Origin: Acidobacteriota bacterium
GTDB lineage: Bacteria > Acidobacteriota > HRBIN11
Assembly (NCBI GenBank): GCA_025061865.1
Contig: JANXAA010000001.1
Location: forward strand, 1-31,018
Length of the DNA: 31,018 bases
Direction: 5' to 3'
Below, one piece after another: positions 18,031-28,385 of the stretch (its first letter is position 1; each line of letters starts with the position of its first letter). Position numbers and translations under genes: made by a program. The notes beneath the pieces are model-generated. The model saw only the letters and a program-made list of their open reading frames with translations. It had not been told where the DNA came from and searched no databases.

Positions 18031-19253
18031 CCGGATTTTGCATTCCGAAGGGTGGATTGCGAAGGGCAGATTGGAACTTTCAAAGGGGGGCATCTCTAAA
18101 GCCCTCCTTTGTTATCCCGGATTTCATCACCGTCCTCCTGGTCATTGGGGGCTTCAGCCTATCGGGAGCCGGCAGCCTTTGGGGGTGTAGCCGGGCCGAG
18201 CGGTCGGCCCGGGCGACGGATACGGCCCCGGCGGTGCCCGTCGTCGTCGCCCCTGTCGAGTCCAAGACCGTCGCTGTGGAGTACCCGTCTGTCGGGACCG
18301 TCGAGGCCTATGCGACGGTCGTTGTCCGTTCGATGGTCGCCGGTGAGCTCCAGGCAGTCCACTTCCGGGAGGGCGATTACGTGCGGCAGGGGGACCTTCT
18401 GTTTACCATCGACCCCGAGCCTTATCGGACGGCCTTGGCTCAGGCCGAAGCGAAGCTGAATCAGGACCGGGTCTTAGCTCAGAATGCCGAGCGGGAGGAG
18501 GCTCGCTATGCGGACCTGCTCCGCCAAGGGATCGTGACGCAGGAGCAGTACGACCGCATCCGGTCTAACGCCGAGGCCTTGCGGGCGGCTGTCCAGGCCG
18601 ATGAGGCGGCTGTAGCCAATGCCCGCCTCCAGCTCGAGTACTGCTTCATCCGGTCGCCTATCACCGGTCGGGCGGGTGCCCTCTTAGTCCATGCGGGAAA
18701 CCTCATTAAGGCCAATGAACGAGACCTGGTCGTGATCCATCAGGTCGAGCCGATCTATGTGACCTTTACTGTGCCCCAGCAGTACTTGCCGGACATCCAG
18801 GTGCAGAGCGGTCGGAATCCCATGCCCGTCGTCGTGACCTTGCCAGGGCATCCCGAAGAGCGCTTCGAAGGTCGCCTGGCCTTTATCGACAACGCCGTCG
18901 ACCCGACGACGGGGACGATCCGGCTGAAGGCCCGGTTGGAGAATTCGACCCGGGGGCTCTGGCCGGGTCAGCTCGTCAACGTCGCCCTGACGCTGAGGGT
19001 CCTTCGGGATGCCGTCGTCGTCCCGGCCCAGGCCGTGCAGGCAGGCCAGGTCGGGACATACGTGTACGTCGTCCGGTCGGACCGGACGGCGGAGCTCCGG
19101 TCGATCGACGTCGCCCATCGTCTGGAGCAGGAGGTCGTCGTCGCTCGAGGGCTTCGACCTGGTGAGCAGGTCGTCATCGACGGTCAGGTCCGTTTGACGG
19201 ACGGAGTGAAGGTGCAGGTGCAAAACCTTGACCCGGAGCCGGTAGGCAGATAG
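18027..19253 (+). CDS. RND efflux periplasmic adaptor (membrane fusion protein) 1
   Basis: ATGA overlap with the TetR stop; LWGC lipobox-like segment; VHFREGDYVRQGDLLFTIDP, IRSPITGRAG, FIDNAVDPTTGTIRLKA, LWPGQLV. Confidence 0.92.
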   Translation: MTGFCIPKGGLRRADWNFQRGASLKPSFVIPDFITVLLVIGGFSLSGAGSLWGCSRAERSARATDTAPAVPVVVAPVESKTVAVEYPSVGTVEAYATVVVRSMVAGELQAVHFREGDYVRQGDLLFTIDPEPYRTALAQAEAKLNQDRVLAQNAEREEARYADLLRQGIVTQEQYDRIRSNAEALRAAVQADEAAVANARLQLEYCFIRSPITGRAGALLVHAGNLIKANERDLVVIHQVEPIYVTFTVPQQYLPDIQVQSGRNPMPVVVTLPGHPEERFEGRLAFIDNAVDPTTGTIRLKARLENSTRGLWPGQLVNVALTLRVLRDAVVVPAQAVQAGQVGTYVYVVRSDRTAELRSIDVAHRLEQEVVVARGLRPGEQVVIDGQVRLTDGVKVQVQNLDPEPVGR

Positions 19254-19321
19254 GCCCGTGGAGAGAAAGAGCGCAGATATCCTCGTCTGCGGCAACGCAG
19301 GCCTCCGGGTTTACGAGAATA

Positions 19322-19402
19322 CAGGCGTCTCGCCTGGGGGAGCGGGGAGAGGCCCCCGCTTTAGCGAGCGGGGCTTGCATCTCAGGCGTTCCGCCTGGGG
19401 GA
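19322..19402. repeat. two 20-nt hairpin-forming direct repeats with a structured 41-nt spacer
   Basis: CAGGCG-tct-CGCCTG-GGGGA (19322-19341) and CAGGCG-ttc-CGCCTG-GGGGA (19383-19402). Confidence 0.7.
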
Positions 19403-19430
19403 CGTAACCTCCGGCCTAGGGAGGTAGGTC

Positions 19431-22400
19431 ATGAACTTATCGGCGCCCTTCATTCGGCGCCCCGTCATGACGACGCTCGTGATGGCGAGCGCCCTCATCT
19501 TCGGGGCAATGGCTTTCCGGCTCCTACCGGTCAGCCACCTGCCGAACGTAGACTTTCCGACGATCTCGGTCTCGGCCAGCCTGCCGGGGGCGAGTCCCGA
19601 GACGATGGCCTCAGCCGTGGCGACGCCCCTGGAGCGTCAGTTCTCGACGATCGCCGGTCTCGAGTCGATGACCTCGACGAGCGGACAGGGCGTCACGCAA
19701 ATCACGCTCCAATTTTCTCTAGACCGGGACATCGACGCCGCCGCCCAGGACGTTCAGGCGGCCATCGCCAAGACGATGCCCCGCCTGCCTCGGGACATGC
19801 CGGCGCCGCCGTCCTACCAGAAGGTGAACCCGGCCGACCAGCCGGTCCTGTATATCGCTTTGACGTCGCCGAGCTTGCCGATGTCGGTCCTCCACGAGTA
19901 TGGCGAGACCCTGATGGCCCAGCGTATCTCGATGGTCAGCGGCGTTGCCCAAGTCCTCGTCTATGGGGCCCAGAAGTATGCCGTGCGCATCCAACTCGAC
20001 CCGAACGCCTTGGCGGCTCGGGGGCTGGGCATCGACGAGGTCGCCCAGGCCGTCCGGCAAGCTAACGTGAATCTCCCGACGGGCGTCCTGTACGGTCCCT
20101 TTCAGGCCTTCACGGTTCAGGCTACAGGCCAACTGACGTCGGCATCGGCCTATCGGCCCATCGTCGTGGCTTACCGGAACGGGGCCCCCGTGCGGTTAAG
20201 CGAGCTCGGACGAGTCGTCGACAGCGTCGAAAACGATAAGACGGCCGCTTGGTTCTATACTTCGGACTCAGCCGAGCGGGCTATCATCTTAGCCGTTCAG
20301 CGTCAGCCAGGGGCCAACACCGTCGAGGTCGTCCGTCAGGTCCGGGCGCTCTTGCCCACGTTCCGTGAGCAACTGCCGGCGTCTGTGGCCCTCCGCATCT
20401 TGTACGACCGCTCGGTCTCGATTCAAGAGTCCGTCCGGGACGTCGAATTCACCCTAGTCCTAACCCTCTTTCTGGTCGTCTTGGTCATCTTTTTGTTTTT
20501 GCGGAATTTACGGGCGACGGCCATTCCCAGCTTGGCCATCCCGATGTCGATCGTCGGGACGTTCATGTTCATGTACCTTCTGGGGTACAGCCTGGACAAC
20601 CTATCCCTGATGGCCCTGACGCTCTCCATCGGGTTCGTCGTCGACGACGCCATCGTCATGCTGGAGAACATCGTGCGCCACATGGAACAGGGCAAGAGCG
20701 CCTGGGTGGCCGCCTTGAAAGGTGCTGAGGAGATCGGCTTCACGATCGTGTCGATGACGCTGTCCTTGGCCGCCGTCTTCATCCCGGTCTTGTTCATGGG
20801 CGGTATCGTCGGGCGGCTGTTCCGGGAGTTTGCCGTCACGATCGGGGTCGCCATCTTATTGTCGGGAGTCGTGTCCCTGTCGTTGACGCCGATGCTATGT
20901 AGCCGGTTCCTGCGGCGGCCGGCTGCGCACGGTCGGTTGTATCAAGCATCCGAGCGGGCTTTTGAGGCCTTGCGGGCTTGGTATGGCCGGTCCCTCGAGG
21001 GGGTCCTTCGTCATCGACGGGCCGTAATGGCCTTCCTGGGGGCGACTCTGATCGCCACAGTCTATCTGTTCTGGGTCATCCCCAAAGGGTTCCTCCCAAC
21101 AGAGGACGCCGGCCAAGTCGTGGTCTTCACGGAAGCCCCCGAGGGGACGGCCTTCGAGTCGATGGTCCAGCGCCAGAGGGTCGTCGCCGACATCGTCCGG
21201 TCCAATCCATATGTAGAAGCCTTCATGTCCAGCGTCGGGGCCCGGGGGAGTTTGACGGGCCCGAATCAGGGCACGCTGTTTATCAGCCTGAAGCCTCGGG
21301 ACCAGCGGCCAGACATCGAGACAGTCGCCGCCGAACTCCGTCGCCAATTGGCCGACGTCCCGGGTCTGCGAGCCTACGTCCAAGTGCCGCCGTCCATTCG
21401 GGTCGGAGGTCGACTGACGAAGAGCCTGTATCAGTACACCCTGCAGGCGCCCAACCCTGAGGAACTTTACCAGTATGCTCCGATTCTGGCCGAACGGATC
21501 GAACGTCTGCCCGGCTTTCTGGACGTCACGACAGACATGCAGATGGCTAATCCGCAGGTGTACGTCGACATCGACCGGGACCGGGCGGCCCGCTTGGGCG
21601 TGACCCCCTTCCAGATCGAGGACGCCCTGTACACGGCCTACGGACCCCGGGAAGTCACGACGATTTATGCCCCAAACAACCAGTACGCAGTCTTGATGGA
21701 GCTTCTGCCCGAGTCCCAAAAGGTCCCGTCCCAGTTGAATCTGCTGCATATCCGCTCCGATCAGGGCCCCCTGGTCCCCCTGAGTGCCGTCGCCCATCTG
21801 CGGACGGACGTCGGCCCCCTGACGGTCAACCATACGGGCCAGCTCCCGTCGGTCACGATTTCCTTCAACTTGGCCCCGGGCTACGCATTGGGAGACGCCG
21901 TAAACGCCATCGAACGGGTCGCCCGCGAGGTCCTGCCCGCGACCGTCGTGACAAGCTTCCAGGGGATGGCCCAGGCGTTCCAGGCGTCCCTGGCGGGATT
22001 GGGCCTGCTACTCCTTACGACCGTCTTGGTCATTTACATCGTCCTGGGCATCTTATACGAGAACTTCATTCACCCCATCACGATCCTCACGGCCCTGCCC
22101 TTTGCCGGTGTCGGGGCCCTGGTGACCCTGCTCCTATTTGGGAAAGAGCTGTCCATCTATGCCTTTGTCGGGATCATCCTGCTGGTCGGCCTCGTTAAGA
22201 AGAACGGTATCATCATGGTCGACTTTGCCATTGAGGCCCGGCGGGCCGGGAAGTCCCCCGAGGAAGCCATCGTCGAGGCTTGTCGGATTCGCTTCCGGCC
22301 CATCATGATGACGACGATGGCGGCCCTGATGGGTGCCCTGCCCATCGCCCTCGGGATCGGTGCCGGTGCCGAGGCCCGCCAGCCCTTAGGCCTGGCCGTC

Positions 22401-22595
22401 GTCGGGGGCCTCCTGTTTTCGCAGACGTTGACCTTGTATGTCACGCCCGTCTTTTACGTCTACATGGAGGCCTTCCAGGCGTGGCTGGCCCGACGGATGC
22501 GGGCACCTCGACCGGCCCTGGAACCGACGCCGTCGCCCGTTTGGCCCCTGGCTAACGGTCAGCCAGAGGAGGGGGCTCAGGAGGTCGGGCGATAG
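19431..22595 (+). CDS. RND efflux permease 1 (AcrB/MdtB-C-like)
   Basis: [47 protein letters not shown]; proton-relay residues intact. Confidence 0.96.
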   Translation: MNLSAPFIRRPVMTTLVMASALIFGAMAFRLLPVSHLPNVDFPTISVSASLPGASPETMASAVATPLERQFSTIAGLESMTSTSGQGVTQITLQFSLDRDIDAAAQDVQAAIAKTMPRLPRDMPAPPSYQKVNPADQPVLYIALTSPSLPMSVLHEYGETLMAQRISMVSGVAQVLVYGAQKYAVRIQLDPNALAARGLGIDEVAQAVRQANVNLPTGVLYGPFQAFTVQATGQLTSASAYRPIVVAYRNGAPVRLSELGRVVDSVENDKTAAWFYTSDSAERAIILAVQRQPGANTVEVVRQVRALLPTFREQLPASVALRILYDRSVSIQESVRDVEFTLVLTLFLVVLVIFLFLRNLRATAIPSLAIPMSIVGTFMFMYLLGYSLDNLSLMALTLSIGFVVDDAIVMLENIVRHMEQGKSAWVAALKGAEEIGFTIVSMTLSLAAVFIPVLFMGGIVGRLFREFAVTIGVAILLSGVVSLSLTPMLCSRFLRRPAAHGRLYQASERAFEALRAWYGRSLEGVLRHRRAVMAFLGATLIATVYLFWVIPKGFLPTEDAGQVVVFTEAPEGTAFESMVQRQRVVADIVRSNPYVEAFMSSVGARGSLTGPNQGTLFISLKPRDQRPDIETVAAELRRQLADVPGLRAYVQVPPSIRVGGRLTKSLYQYTLQAPNPEELYQYAPILAERIERLPGFLDVTTDMQMANPQVYVDIDRDRAARLGVTPFQIEDALYTAYGPREVTTIYAPNNQYAVLMELLPESQKVPSQLNLLHIRSDQGPLVPLSAVAHLRTDVGPLTVNHTGQLPSVTISFNLAPGYALGDAVNAIERVAREVLPATVVTSFQGMAQAFQASLAGLGLLLLTTVLVIYIVLGILYENFIHPITILTALPFAGVGALVTLLLFGKELSIYAFVGIILLVGLVKKNGIIMVDFAIEARRAGKSPEEAIVEACRIRFRPIMMTTMAALMGALPIALGIGAGAEARQPLGLAVVGGLLFSQTLTLYVTPVFYVYMEAFQAWLARRMRAPRPALEPTPSPVWPLANGQPEEGAQEVGR

Positions 22596-22639
22596 GTGCA
22601 AGGGAGATTCGACGACAACTGGCCTTTGGAGGAGGACTT

Positions 22640-23728
22640 ATGCGGCGTTGGTACTACGTCATCGGCGCCTTTCTGAGCTCGGTCGCCTTGGTCAGCGGCG
22701 TCAGATTTGTCGCCCAGTCGGCCCGGTCGCCGGCTCCGAAAGCGTCATCGTCGGCACCGGCCGGTCCGACGGCTCGGCCGACCGTCAACGTGACCGTCGT
22801 GTCTGCCCGGTTGCAGGCCTGGCCTCGCATCGTCGAGGCTGTCGGGACGGTCGCCGCCTGGGAACAAACGGAGGTCGCCGCCCAGGTCGACGGTCCTGTG
22901 ACGGAAGTCCGCAAGGACGTCGGGGACGCCGTCCGGGCCGGCGAGGTCCTCGCTAAGATCGACGAACGGGAGTATGAACTCCGCTACCGGCAGGCGGAGG
23001 CGGATGCAGAGCAGGCCGTCCGGGACCTCGAACGGGCCGAGCAGATGGCCCGGCAGGGGCTCGTCCCACCCCAACAACTCGAGACGGCCCGGGTCCGGGC
23101 TCAAGTCGCCCGAGCGAACGCCGACATGGCCCGCAAGAAGTATGAGGACACGTCGGTCCGGGCGCCCTACGCCGGAGAGGTCATCCAGCGGCTCGTGTCG
23201 CCGGGCGAATACGTACGTACGGGGCAGCCCCTGTTTGTACTCGTGGACGCCCGTCGCCTCCGGCTGAAGCTCCCGGTGCCCGAGATGGACTATGCCCGGA
23301 TTCAGCCAGGTCAGGTCGTCGAAGTTCGACTCGATGCCCTGCCCGACCGGACCGTCACGGGTCGGGTCTACCGGGTCACGCCGGCCGTCGACCCGTCCAG
23401 CCGTACGGTCCTCGTCGAGGTCCTGATCGAAAACCCCGACGGCCAAGTCCGGCCCGGGATGTTTGCCCGCGCCCGGCTGAAACTGGGGACAGAGGCCCCG
23501 ATGGTGACACTGCCGGCGTCCGCCCTCCAAGCCGTCCCCGGGGGTGTCCAGAAGGTCTACGTCGTCGAGGGCGATACAGTCCGGGAGCGGCGCGTCGAGG
23601 TCGCCTTTTACGTCGAGGGCCAGGTCGTCCTGCGTTCGGGCGTCCGGCCCGGCGAGCGGGTCGTCGCCCCGATCCCGCCGACGATCTGGGACGGCATGGC
23701 CGTGCGGGAGGTAGACAATCAGAAGTAA
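22640..23728 (+). CDS. RND efflux periplasmic adaptor 2
   Basis: N-terminal TM anchor, EVAAQVDG, DVGDAVRAGEVLAKID, VRAPYAG, VDPSSRT, VRPGMF; GGAGGAGG upstream. Confidence 0.92.
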   Translation: MRRWYYVIGAFLSSVALVSGVRFVAQSARSPAPKASSSAPAGPTARPTVNVTVVSARLQAWPRIVEAVGTVAAWEQTEVAAQVDGPVTEVRKDVGDAVRAGEVLAKIDEREYELRYRQAEADAEQAVRDLERAEQMARQGLVPPQQLETARVRAQVARANADMARKKYEDTSVRAPYAGEVIQRLVSPGEYVRTGQPLFVLVDARRLRLKLPVPEMDYARIQPGQVVEVRLDALPDRTVTGRVYRVTPAVDPSSRTVLVEVLIENPDGQVRPGMFARARLKLGTEAPMVTLPASALQAVPGGVQKVYVVEGDTVRERRVEVAFYVEGQVVLRSGVRPGERVVAPIPPTIWDGMAVREVDNQK

Positions 23729-23928
23729 AGATTGGCCCTATCCGTCGGTGCTTCGGTGAAGGTGTGACACGACAGTTCACATCTCGAGCGAAAGCCCGGC
23801 TGGACAGACATCGCTATAACGCTAGGGTGAGCTGAAGATTTTTACCCCGTCACTCCCAGTCGTGTCTCCTTACCTGTCCATCCGCACACTTGCCTACCCA
23901 CTCAGGGGTAGTCATCGGAGGTTCCGCC

Positions 23929-26900
23929 ATGACATCCTCGAACGCTTCGGACCGGGAACGCCGAGGCGTGGCGCTATTCGTATACCGCCCCGTCTTGGCG
24001 ACGATGATCGTCGCCTTCCTGGTTACATTGGGATGGGTCTCGTTTCGAGGGTTGCCCATCGACCTCTTTCCTAACGTCGAGTTCCCCGTCGTGACGGTCA
24101 TCACAGCCCTGCCGGGGGCCAGCCCTGAGGAAATAGAGTCGACCGTCACGAAGCCTCTTGAAGAAGCCATTAACACAGCCAGCGGCATCGAGGAGCTCCG
24201 ATCCTATAGCCAAGAGGGTCTCTCGACCATCGTCGTGTCTTTTGTCTTAGAGAAGGACCCCCTCGAGGCCGTTCAAGACGTCCGAGATAAGGTCAATAGC
24301 GTGTTGTCTCAACTTCCGACAGGGACGAAGCCCCCCATCATTTCAAGGTTGGACTTCGGGGCCGTACCCATTCTTTACATCGTCGTATCGTCCCCTCGGG
24401 ACCTCCGGGAGACGACCGAGATCGCCCGCAAGCTCCTGAAGGAACCCCTGGAAACGGTTTCGGGCGTCGGGTCTATCGTCCTCTTCGGGGGTCGGGAACG
24501 GGTCCTTCAGGTCGACCTCATCGTCGACCGGCTCCGGGCCTTCGACCTGCCCGTCGTGGCCGTCTGGAATGCCATCCAGGCCCAAAATCTCGAGTACCCC
24601 GGCGGGCGCCTTACGACCGAGGACCAGGAGACGGGCGTCCGCTTGCAGGCCCGGGTCCGCAGTGCCGAGGACCTGGCGAATCTGGCCATCGCTGAACGGA
24701 ACGGCGCCATCCTCCGCCTGAAGGACGTCGCCGTCGTCCGGGACGGCTTCAAGGAGCCGCGTCAGCTCAGCCGACTTTGGATCCGGGGTCGGGGCGACAT
24801 TCCCGAGGAAAGCGTCACGCTGGTCGTCTTCAAGCAGGCCCGGACCAATACCGTGCAGGTCATCGAGGCCGTCAAGGCGCGTCTGACGGAGATCCGCCAG
24901 ACCCTGCCGCCGGATATCCAGACCCATATCTTGAGCGACCAGTCTCGCTTTATCCGGGAATCGATCCGGGAGCTTCAGATTCACCTGATCCTGGGGGCTG
25001 TCTTAGCCAGCCTGGTCGTCTTCGTGTTCCTGCGGAACTGGCAGGCCACGTTAATCAGTGCCCTAGCCATCCCGACGAGTCTGATCGCGACATTCATCTT
25101 CATGGGAGCTTTTGGATACTCATTAAATACGATGACCTTGCTGGGCCTGACGGTCGCCGTCGGGATCGTCATCGATGACGCCATCGTCGTCATCGAGAAC
25201 ATCTTCCGACACATGGAGGAATACGGCGTCTCGGCCTTCCAGGCGGCCATCCGGGGGTTCCGGGAAATTGCCCTGGCCGTGACGGCGACGACCTTTTCGT
25301 TGGTCATCATCTTCCTGCCCATCGCCTTCCTAAAGGGTCGGGCGGGCCTGTTCCTCCGACAGTTCGGATGGACCAGTGCCGTGGCCATCTTGTTTTCACT
25401 TTTGATCGCCTATGTCCTGACGCCGATGCTGGCCTCCCGACTCCTCCGACCCCAGAAGGTCCGCTCGAAGGGGACCGGGTTCTACCGATGGATCGAGGCG
25501 GGCTACGTGGGAATCCTCCGGTGGTCGCTCCGGCATCGGTGGGTCGTCGTCCTCATAGCGGCCCTGTGCGTCTTGAGCACGGGCTTCATCGCTCGTTGGA
25601 TGGGGAAAGAGTTCATCGCCAGTGACGATACAGGGGAATTTGCTGTGTCCCTCGAGGCACCGCCCGGGTCCGCCTTAGAGACGACCGACCGCCTCTTGCT
25701 CCGAATCTTCGAACGGATTCGGAACATCCCCGAAATCCAGGCGATGGTCCTGCGCGTCGGTGACATCACGGCGGGAAGCGAAGCTGTCTATCAGGGCAAC
25801 ATTTACGTTCAACTGGTAGACTATCGGACACGCCGGCGGAGTCAATTCGATATCATGCGAGAGATCCGCGAAGTCCTAGGGCAGTTCCCCGAGCTTCGGG
25901 CCCAGGTCACCGAAGCGACCCTCATCGGCGGTGCCGCAACCGGGGGTTGGCAATTTCCTGTGAATGTCGTCCTGACAGGACCTGACCTCGATGTCTTAGA
26001 GAGCTTGGCCCGTCATGTCATGGATCGCATGCGAGCGACACCGGGTTTTGCGAGTGTAGACTCGTCGATCCCAGCCCGGCTTCCCGAATTCCAGGTCCGG
26101 GTCCTCTACGACCGGGCTCAGACCCTGGGCGTACGGGCTCAGGACGTGGCCCTGACCCTTCGACTTCTGCTAGGTGGAGACGAGGTCTCCAGCTTCCGAG
26201 AGGGCGTCGACCGCTACGGCATCTGGCTTCGGCTCCGGCCTGAGGACCGTCAGCGCTTAGACGACGTCTTGACGCTTCCCGTCCCGTCCCTCCGGGGTGC
26301 GAACGTGGAACTTCGCAACGTGGCTCAGGTCGAATACGGCGTCGCTCCGGCGGCGATCCAGCACTGGAACCGGTCGCGGGTCGTCAACGTCCTGGCGACG
26401 TTAGACGGCCTCGACCTGGGGCGGGCCCTGGACGTCGTCCGGCAGGCTTTCGCCGAGGTCCGTCCCTCGCCAGCCTACGAGCTCCACGTGTTGGGACGGG
26501 GCAAGATCATGGCCGAGACCTTCGCCAACTTTTTGACGGCCTTTGGCCTGGCCTTTGTCTTCATGTATATCATCCTGGCCGCTCAGTTCGAGCACTTCCT
26601 CCATCCCGTGACGATCCTCCTGTCGATTCCCCTGACCCTGCCGTTTGCCCTCCTGTCGCTGTGGCTGTGGGGTGAGAACTTAGGCCTATACGGCCTCATG
26701 GGGACGTTCCTCTTGGCCGGCGTCGTCAAGAAGAATGGCATCCTGCAGGTCGACTACACGAACCGCCTACGGTCGCAAGGCCTCAGTCGGTGGGATGCCC
26801 TGATTGAGGCGAACCGCACCCGGCTCCGACCGATCCTAATGACGACCTTCACGCTGGTGATGGGCATGGTGCCGATTGCCTTAGGGCAGGGACCCGGAGC

Positions 26901-27087
26901 GGCCAGTCGGGCATCGCTGGCCAAGGCCATCGTCGGGGGCCAGCTCCTGAGCCTATTGATTACTCTCCTGATCGTGCCCGTCGGCTACAGTCTGTTTGAC
27001 GACCTGACGGGTTGGGTCCGGCGGCGGGTCCGGCGAGTCGTACCGACCGAGGCCGTGACTCCAGCGGCCTCCAGCGGTTCGGAGTAG
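23929..27087 (+). CDS. RND efflux permease 2 (AcrB family)
   Basis: FVYRPVLATM, GIVIDDAIVVIENI, GVVKKNGILQVDY, RLRPILMTT; ATG 23929 follows GGAGG. Confidence 0.95.
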   Translation: MTSSNASDRERRGVALFVYRPVLATMIVAFLVTLGWVSFRGLPIDLFPNVEFPVVTVITALPGASPEEIESTVTKPLEEAINTASGIEELRSYSQEGLSTIVVSFVLEKDPLEAVQDVRDKVNSVLSQLPTGTKPPIISRLDFGAVPILYIVVSSPRDLRETTEIARKLLKEPLETVSGVGSIVLFGGRERVLQVDLIVDRLRAFDLPVVAVWNAIQAQNLEYPGGRLTTEDQETGVRLQARVRSAEDLANLAIAERNGAILRLKDVAVVRDGFKEPRQLSRLWIRGRGDIPEESVTLVVFKQARTNTVQVIEAVKARLTEIRQTLPPDIQTHILSDQSRFIRESIRELQIHLILGAVLASLVVFVFLRNWQATLISALAIPTSLIATFIFMGAFGYSLNTMTLLGLTVAVGIVIDDAIVVIENIFRHMEEYGVSAFQAAIRGFREIALAVTATTFSLVIIFLPIAFLKGRAGLFLRQFGWTSAVAILFSLLIAYVLTPMLASRLLRPQKVRSKGTGFYRWIEAGYVGILRWSLRHRWVVVLIAALCVLSTGFIARWMGKEFIASDDTGEFAVSLEAPPGSALETTDRLLLRIFERIRNIPEIQAMVLRVGDITAGSEAVYQGNIYVQLVDYRTRRRSQFDIMREIREVLGQFPELRAQVTEATLIGGAATGGWQFPVNVVLTGPDLDVLESLARHVMDRMRATPGFASVDSSIPARLPEFQVRVLYDRAQTLGVRAQDVALTLRLLLGGDEVSSFREGVDRYGIWLRLRPEDRQRLDDVLTLPVPSLRGANVELRNVAQVEYGVAPAAIQHWNRSRVVNVLATLDGLDLGRALDVVRQAFAEVRPSPAYELHVLGRGKIMAETFANFLTAFGLAFVFMYIILAAQFEHFLHPVTILLSIPLTLPFALLSLWLWGENLGLYGLMGTFLLAGVVKKNGILQVDYTNRLRSQGLSRWDALIEANRTRLRPILMTTFTLVMGMVPIALGQGPGAASRASLAKAIVGGQLLSLLITLLIVPVGYSLFDDLTGWVRRRVRRVVPTEAVTPAASSGSE

Positions 27088-27136
27088 CGTAGGGGGAGGA
27101 TGTCGCCTATCCGACAGGCCAAGGCCTGGCCCTGCC

Positions 27137-27991
27137 CTACCTGCCCATTTGAATCCGAGTCGCCCCGGCGTATACGTTGAAACGACCCTCTCGCAGGAAG
27201 CCGATGAGGGTCATCCCGAATGCCCGGGCCACGTCCACAGCCAGACTGCTGGGCGCGCCGACGGCGGCTAAGACGGGGATGCCCGCCAGGAGAGCCTTCT
27301 GGACGAGCTCGAAGCTCGCTCGTCCACTGACCAGGACGACTGTATTCGATGCCGGCAAACGGTCTTCCAGGAGAAGGGCACCGACGAGCTTGTCCATGGC
27401 GTTGTGGCGGCCGACGTCCTCCCGGAGCAGGATCAGACGACCGTCCCGGTCAAATAGAGCCGACGCATGAAGGCCTCCCGTTCGGGCAAAGATCCGCTGG
27501 GCCGACCGAAGGATTTCCGGTAGGTCCCGGAAAAAGTCAGGGGCCAACTGAAAGTCACCGACGGGGGTCCGGGCACATACGGTCCGGACGAGTTCCAGGG
27601 CGGCCTTGCCGCAGACACCGCAACTGGAGTTTATATACACGTGCCGACTCAGGCGTTCCGGGTCGAAGGGGATGCCCGGTCCCAGGTATACATTGACGAC
27701 GTTGTACTGCTGGGGCTCACTGGGGTCCGTGCAGTAGGCAATGCGGACGATGGCCCGCCGGTCGGGAATGACGCCTTCCGTATAGAGAAATCCGGCGGCC
27801 AGCTCGAAGTCGTGACCCGGCGTCCGGAGCGTCACGGCCACTCGGTGGCAGACCCACTGGCCTGCCGCAGGCGTCAGGACCCGGACCTCTAAGGGCTCCT
27901 CAGTGGCCAGCTCGTCGTCCCGGTACTGCAGACGACCGTCGCAGACCTCCCAGACGGGAACACGGGTCGTGCTACTGGGCCGCTCAGTCAT
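27137..27991 (-). CDS. fdhD: formate dehydrogenase accessory sulfurtransferase
   Basis: EEPLEV, TLRTPGHDFELAAGFL, SSCGVCGK, TGGLHAS, EDVGRHNAMDKLVG, SGRASFELVQKA. Confidence 0.96.
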   Translation of the reverse strand: MTERPSSTTRVPVWEVCDGRLQYRDDELATEEPLEVRVLTPAAGQWVCHRVAVTLRTPGHDFELAAGFLYTEGVIPDRRAIVRIAYCTDPSEPQQYNVVNVYLGPGIPFDPERLSRHVYINSSCGVCGKAALELVRTVCARTPVGDFQLAPDFFRDLPEILRSAQRIFARTGGLHASALFDRDGRLILLREDVGRHNAMDKLVGALLLEDRLPASNTVVLVSGRASFELVQKALLAGIPVLAAVGAPSSLAVDVARAFGMTLIGFLREGRFNVYAGATRIQMGR

Positions 27992-28062
27992 GGGGGCCCT
28001 CCAGGGTCTCCCCTGTCCTATAGGGCTTTCCGTCCTTCACGGGACAGGTAGGACGGATTCCC

Positions 28063-28238
28063 TAACTTGCTGAAGCTAGCTGGTGCGCGGATCAGGAGGT
28101 CTTGGATAGCAACGAAGGCGTTCAAAGCTTTTTCCAACCGACCTGCCTAAACAACTCCAAGGCCTATCGCCCGTCATGATTCGAACATCGAATATCATCC
28201 CCCTCTTTGGACAGCCACGCCGTCGTGACCGGCTCCAT
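28063..28238 (-). pseudogene. possible eroded HEPN-domain gene fragment
   Basis: MEPVTTAWLSKEGDD then a stop at 28164; another frame reads LEKALNAF. Both resemble the start and the EKxLKA helix of small HEPN proteins. Pattern recognition only. Confidence 0.3.
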
Positions 28239-28385
28239 TCCCTTGACGGAGCATCCCTCCTACCCTTGTCCCCTTAAATTTGGGGTGGGAGACCTTAGGT
28301 CGGTCGGTGTGGGATATCCGAGGTCAGGCCTTCCCTGATCCCCGACCCCTGACAGCCTCGAATCCTGAACCCGGGACTCCCAGTC

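Noticed and set aside
19322-19402. CRISPR array
   Set aside because: Only two 20-nt repeats, a self-structured spacer and no cas genes; reported as a repeat element instead.
23763-23781. CRP/FNR site
   Set aside because: The TGTGA and TCACA half-sites are 9 bp apart rather than 6.
27101-27181. 26-aa plus-strand ORF with a CPTC motif after RND permease 2
   Set aside because: GGAGG abuts the ATG with no spacer, and the ORF overlaps fdhD antisense.
28355-28382. tRNA fragment (GTCCCGGGTTCA on the minus strand)
   Set aside because: T-arm-like only; no cloverleaf, anticodon arm or acceptor stem.
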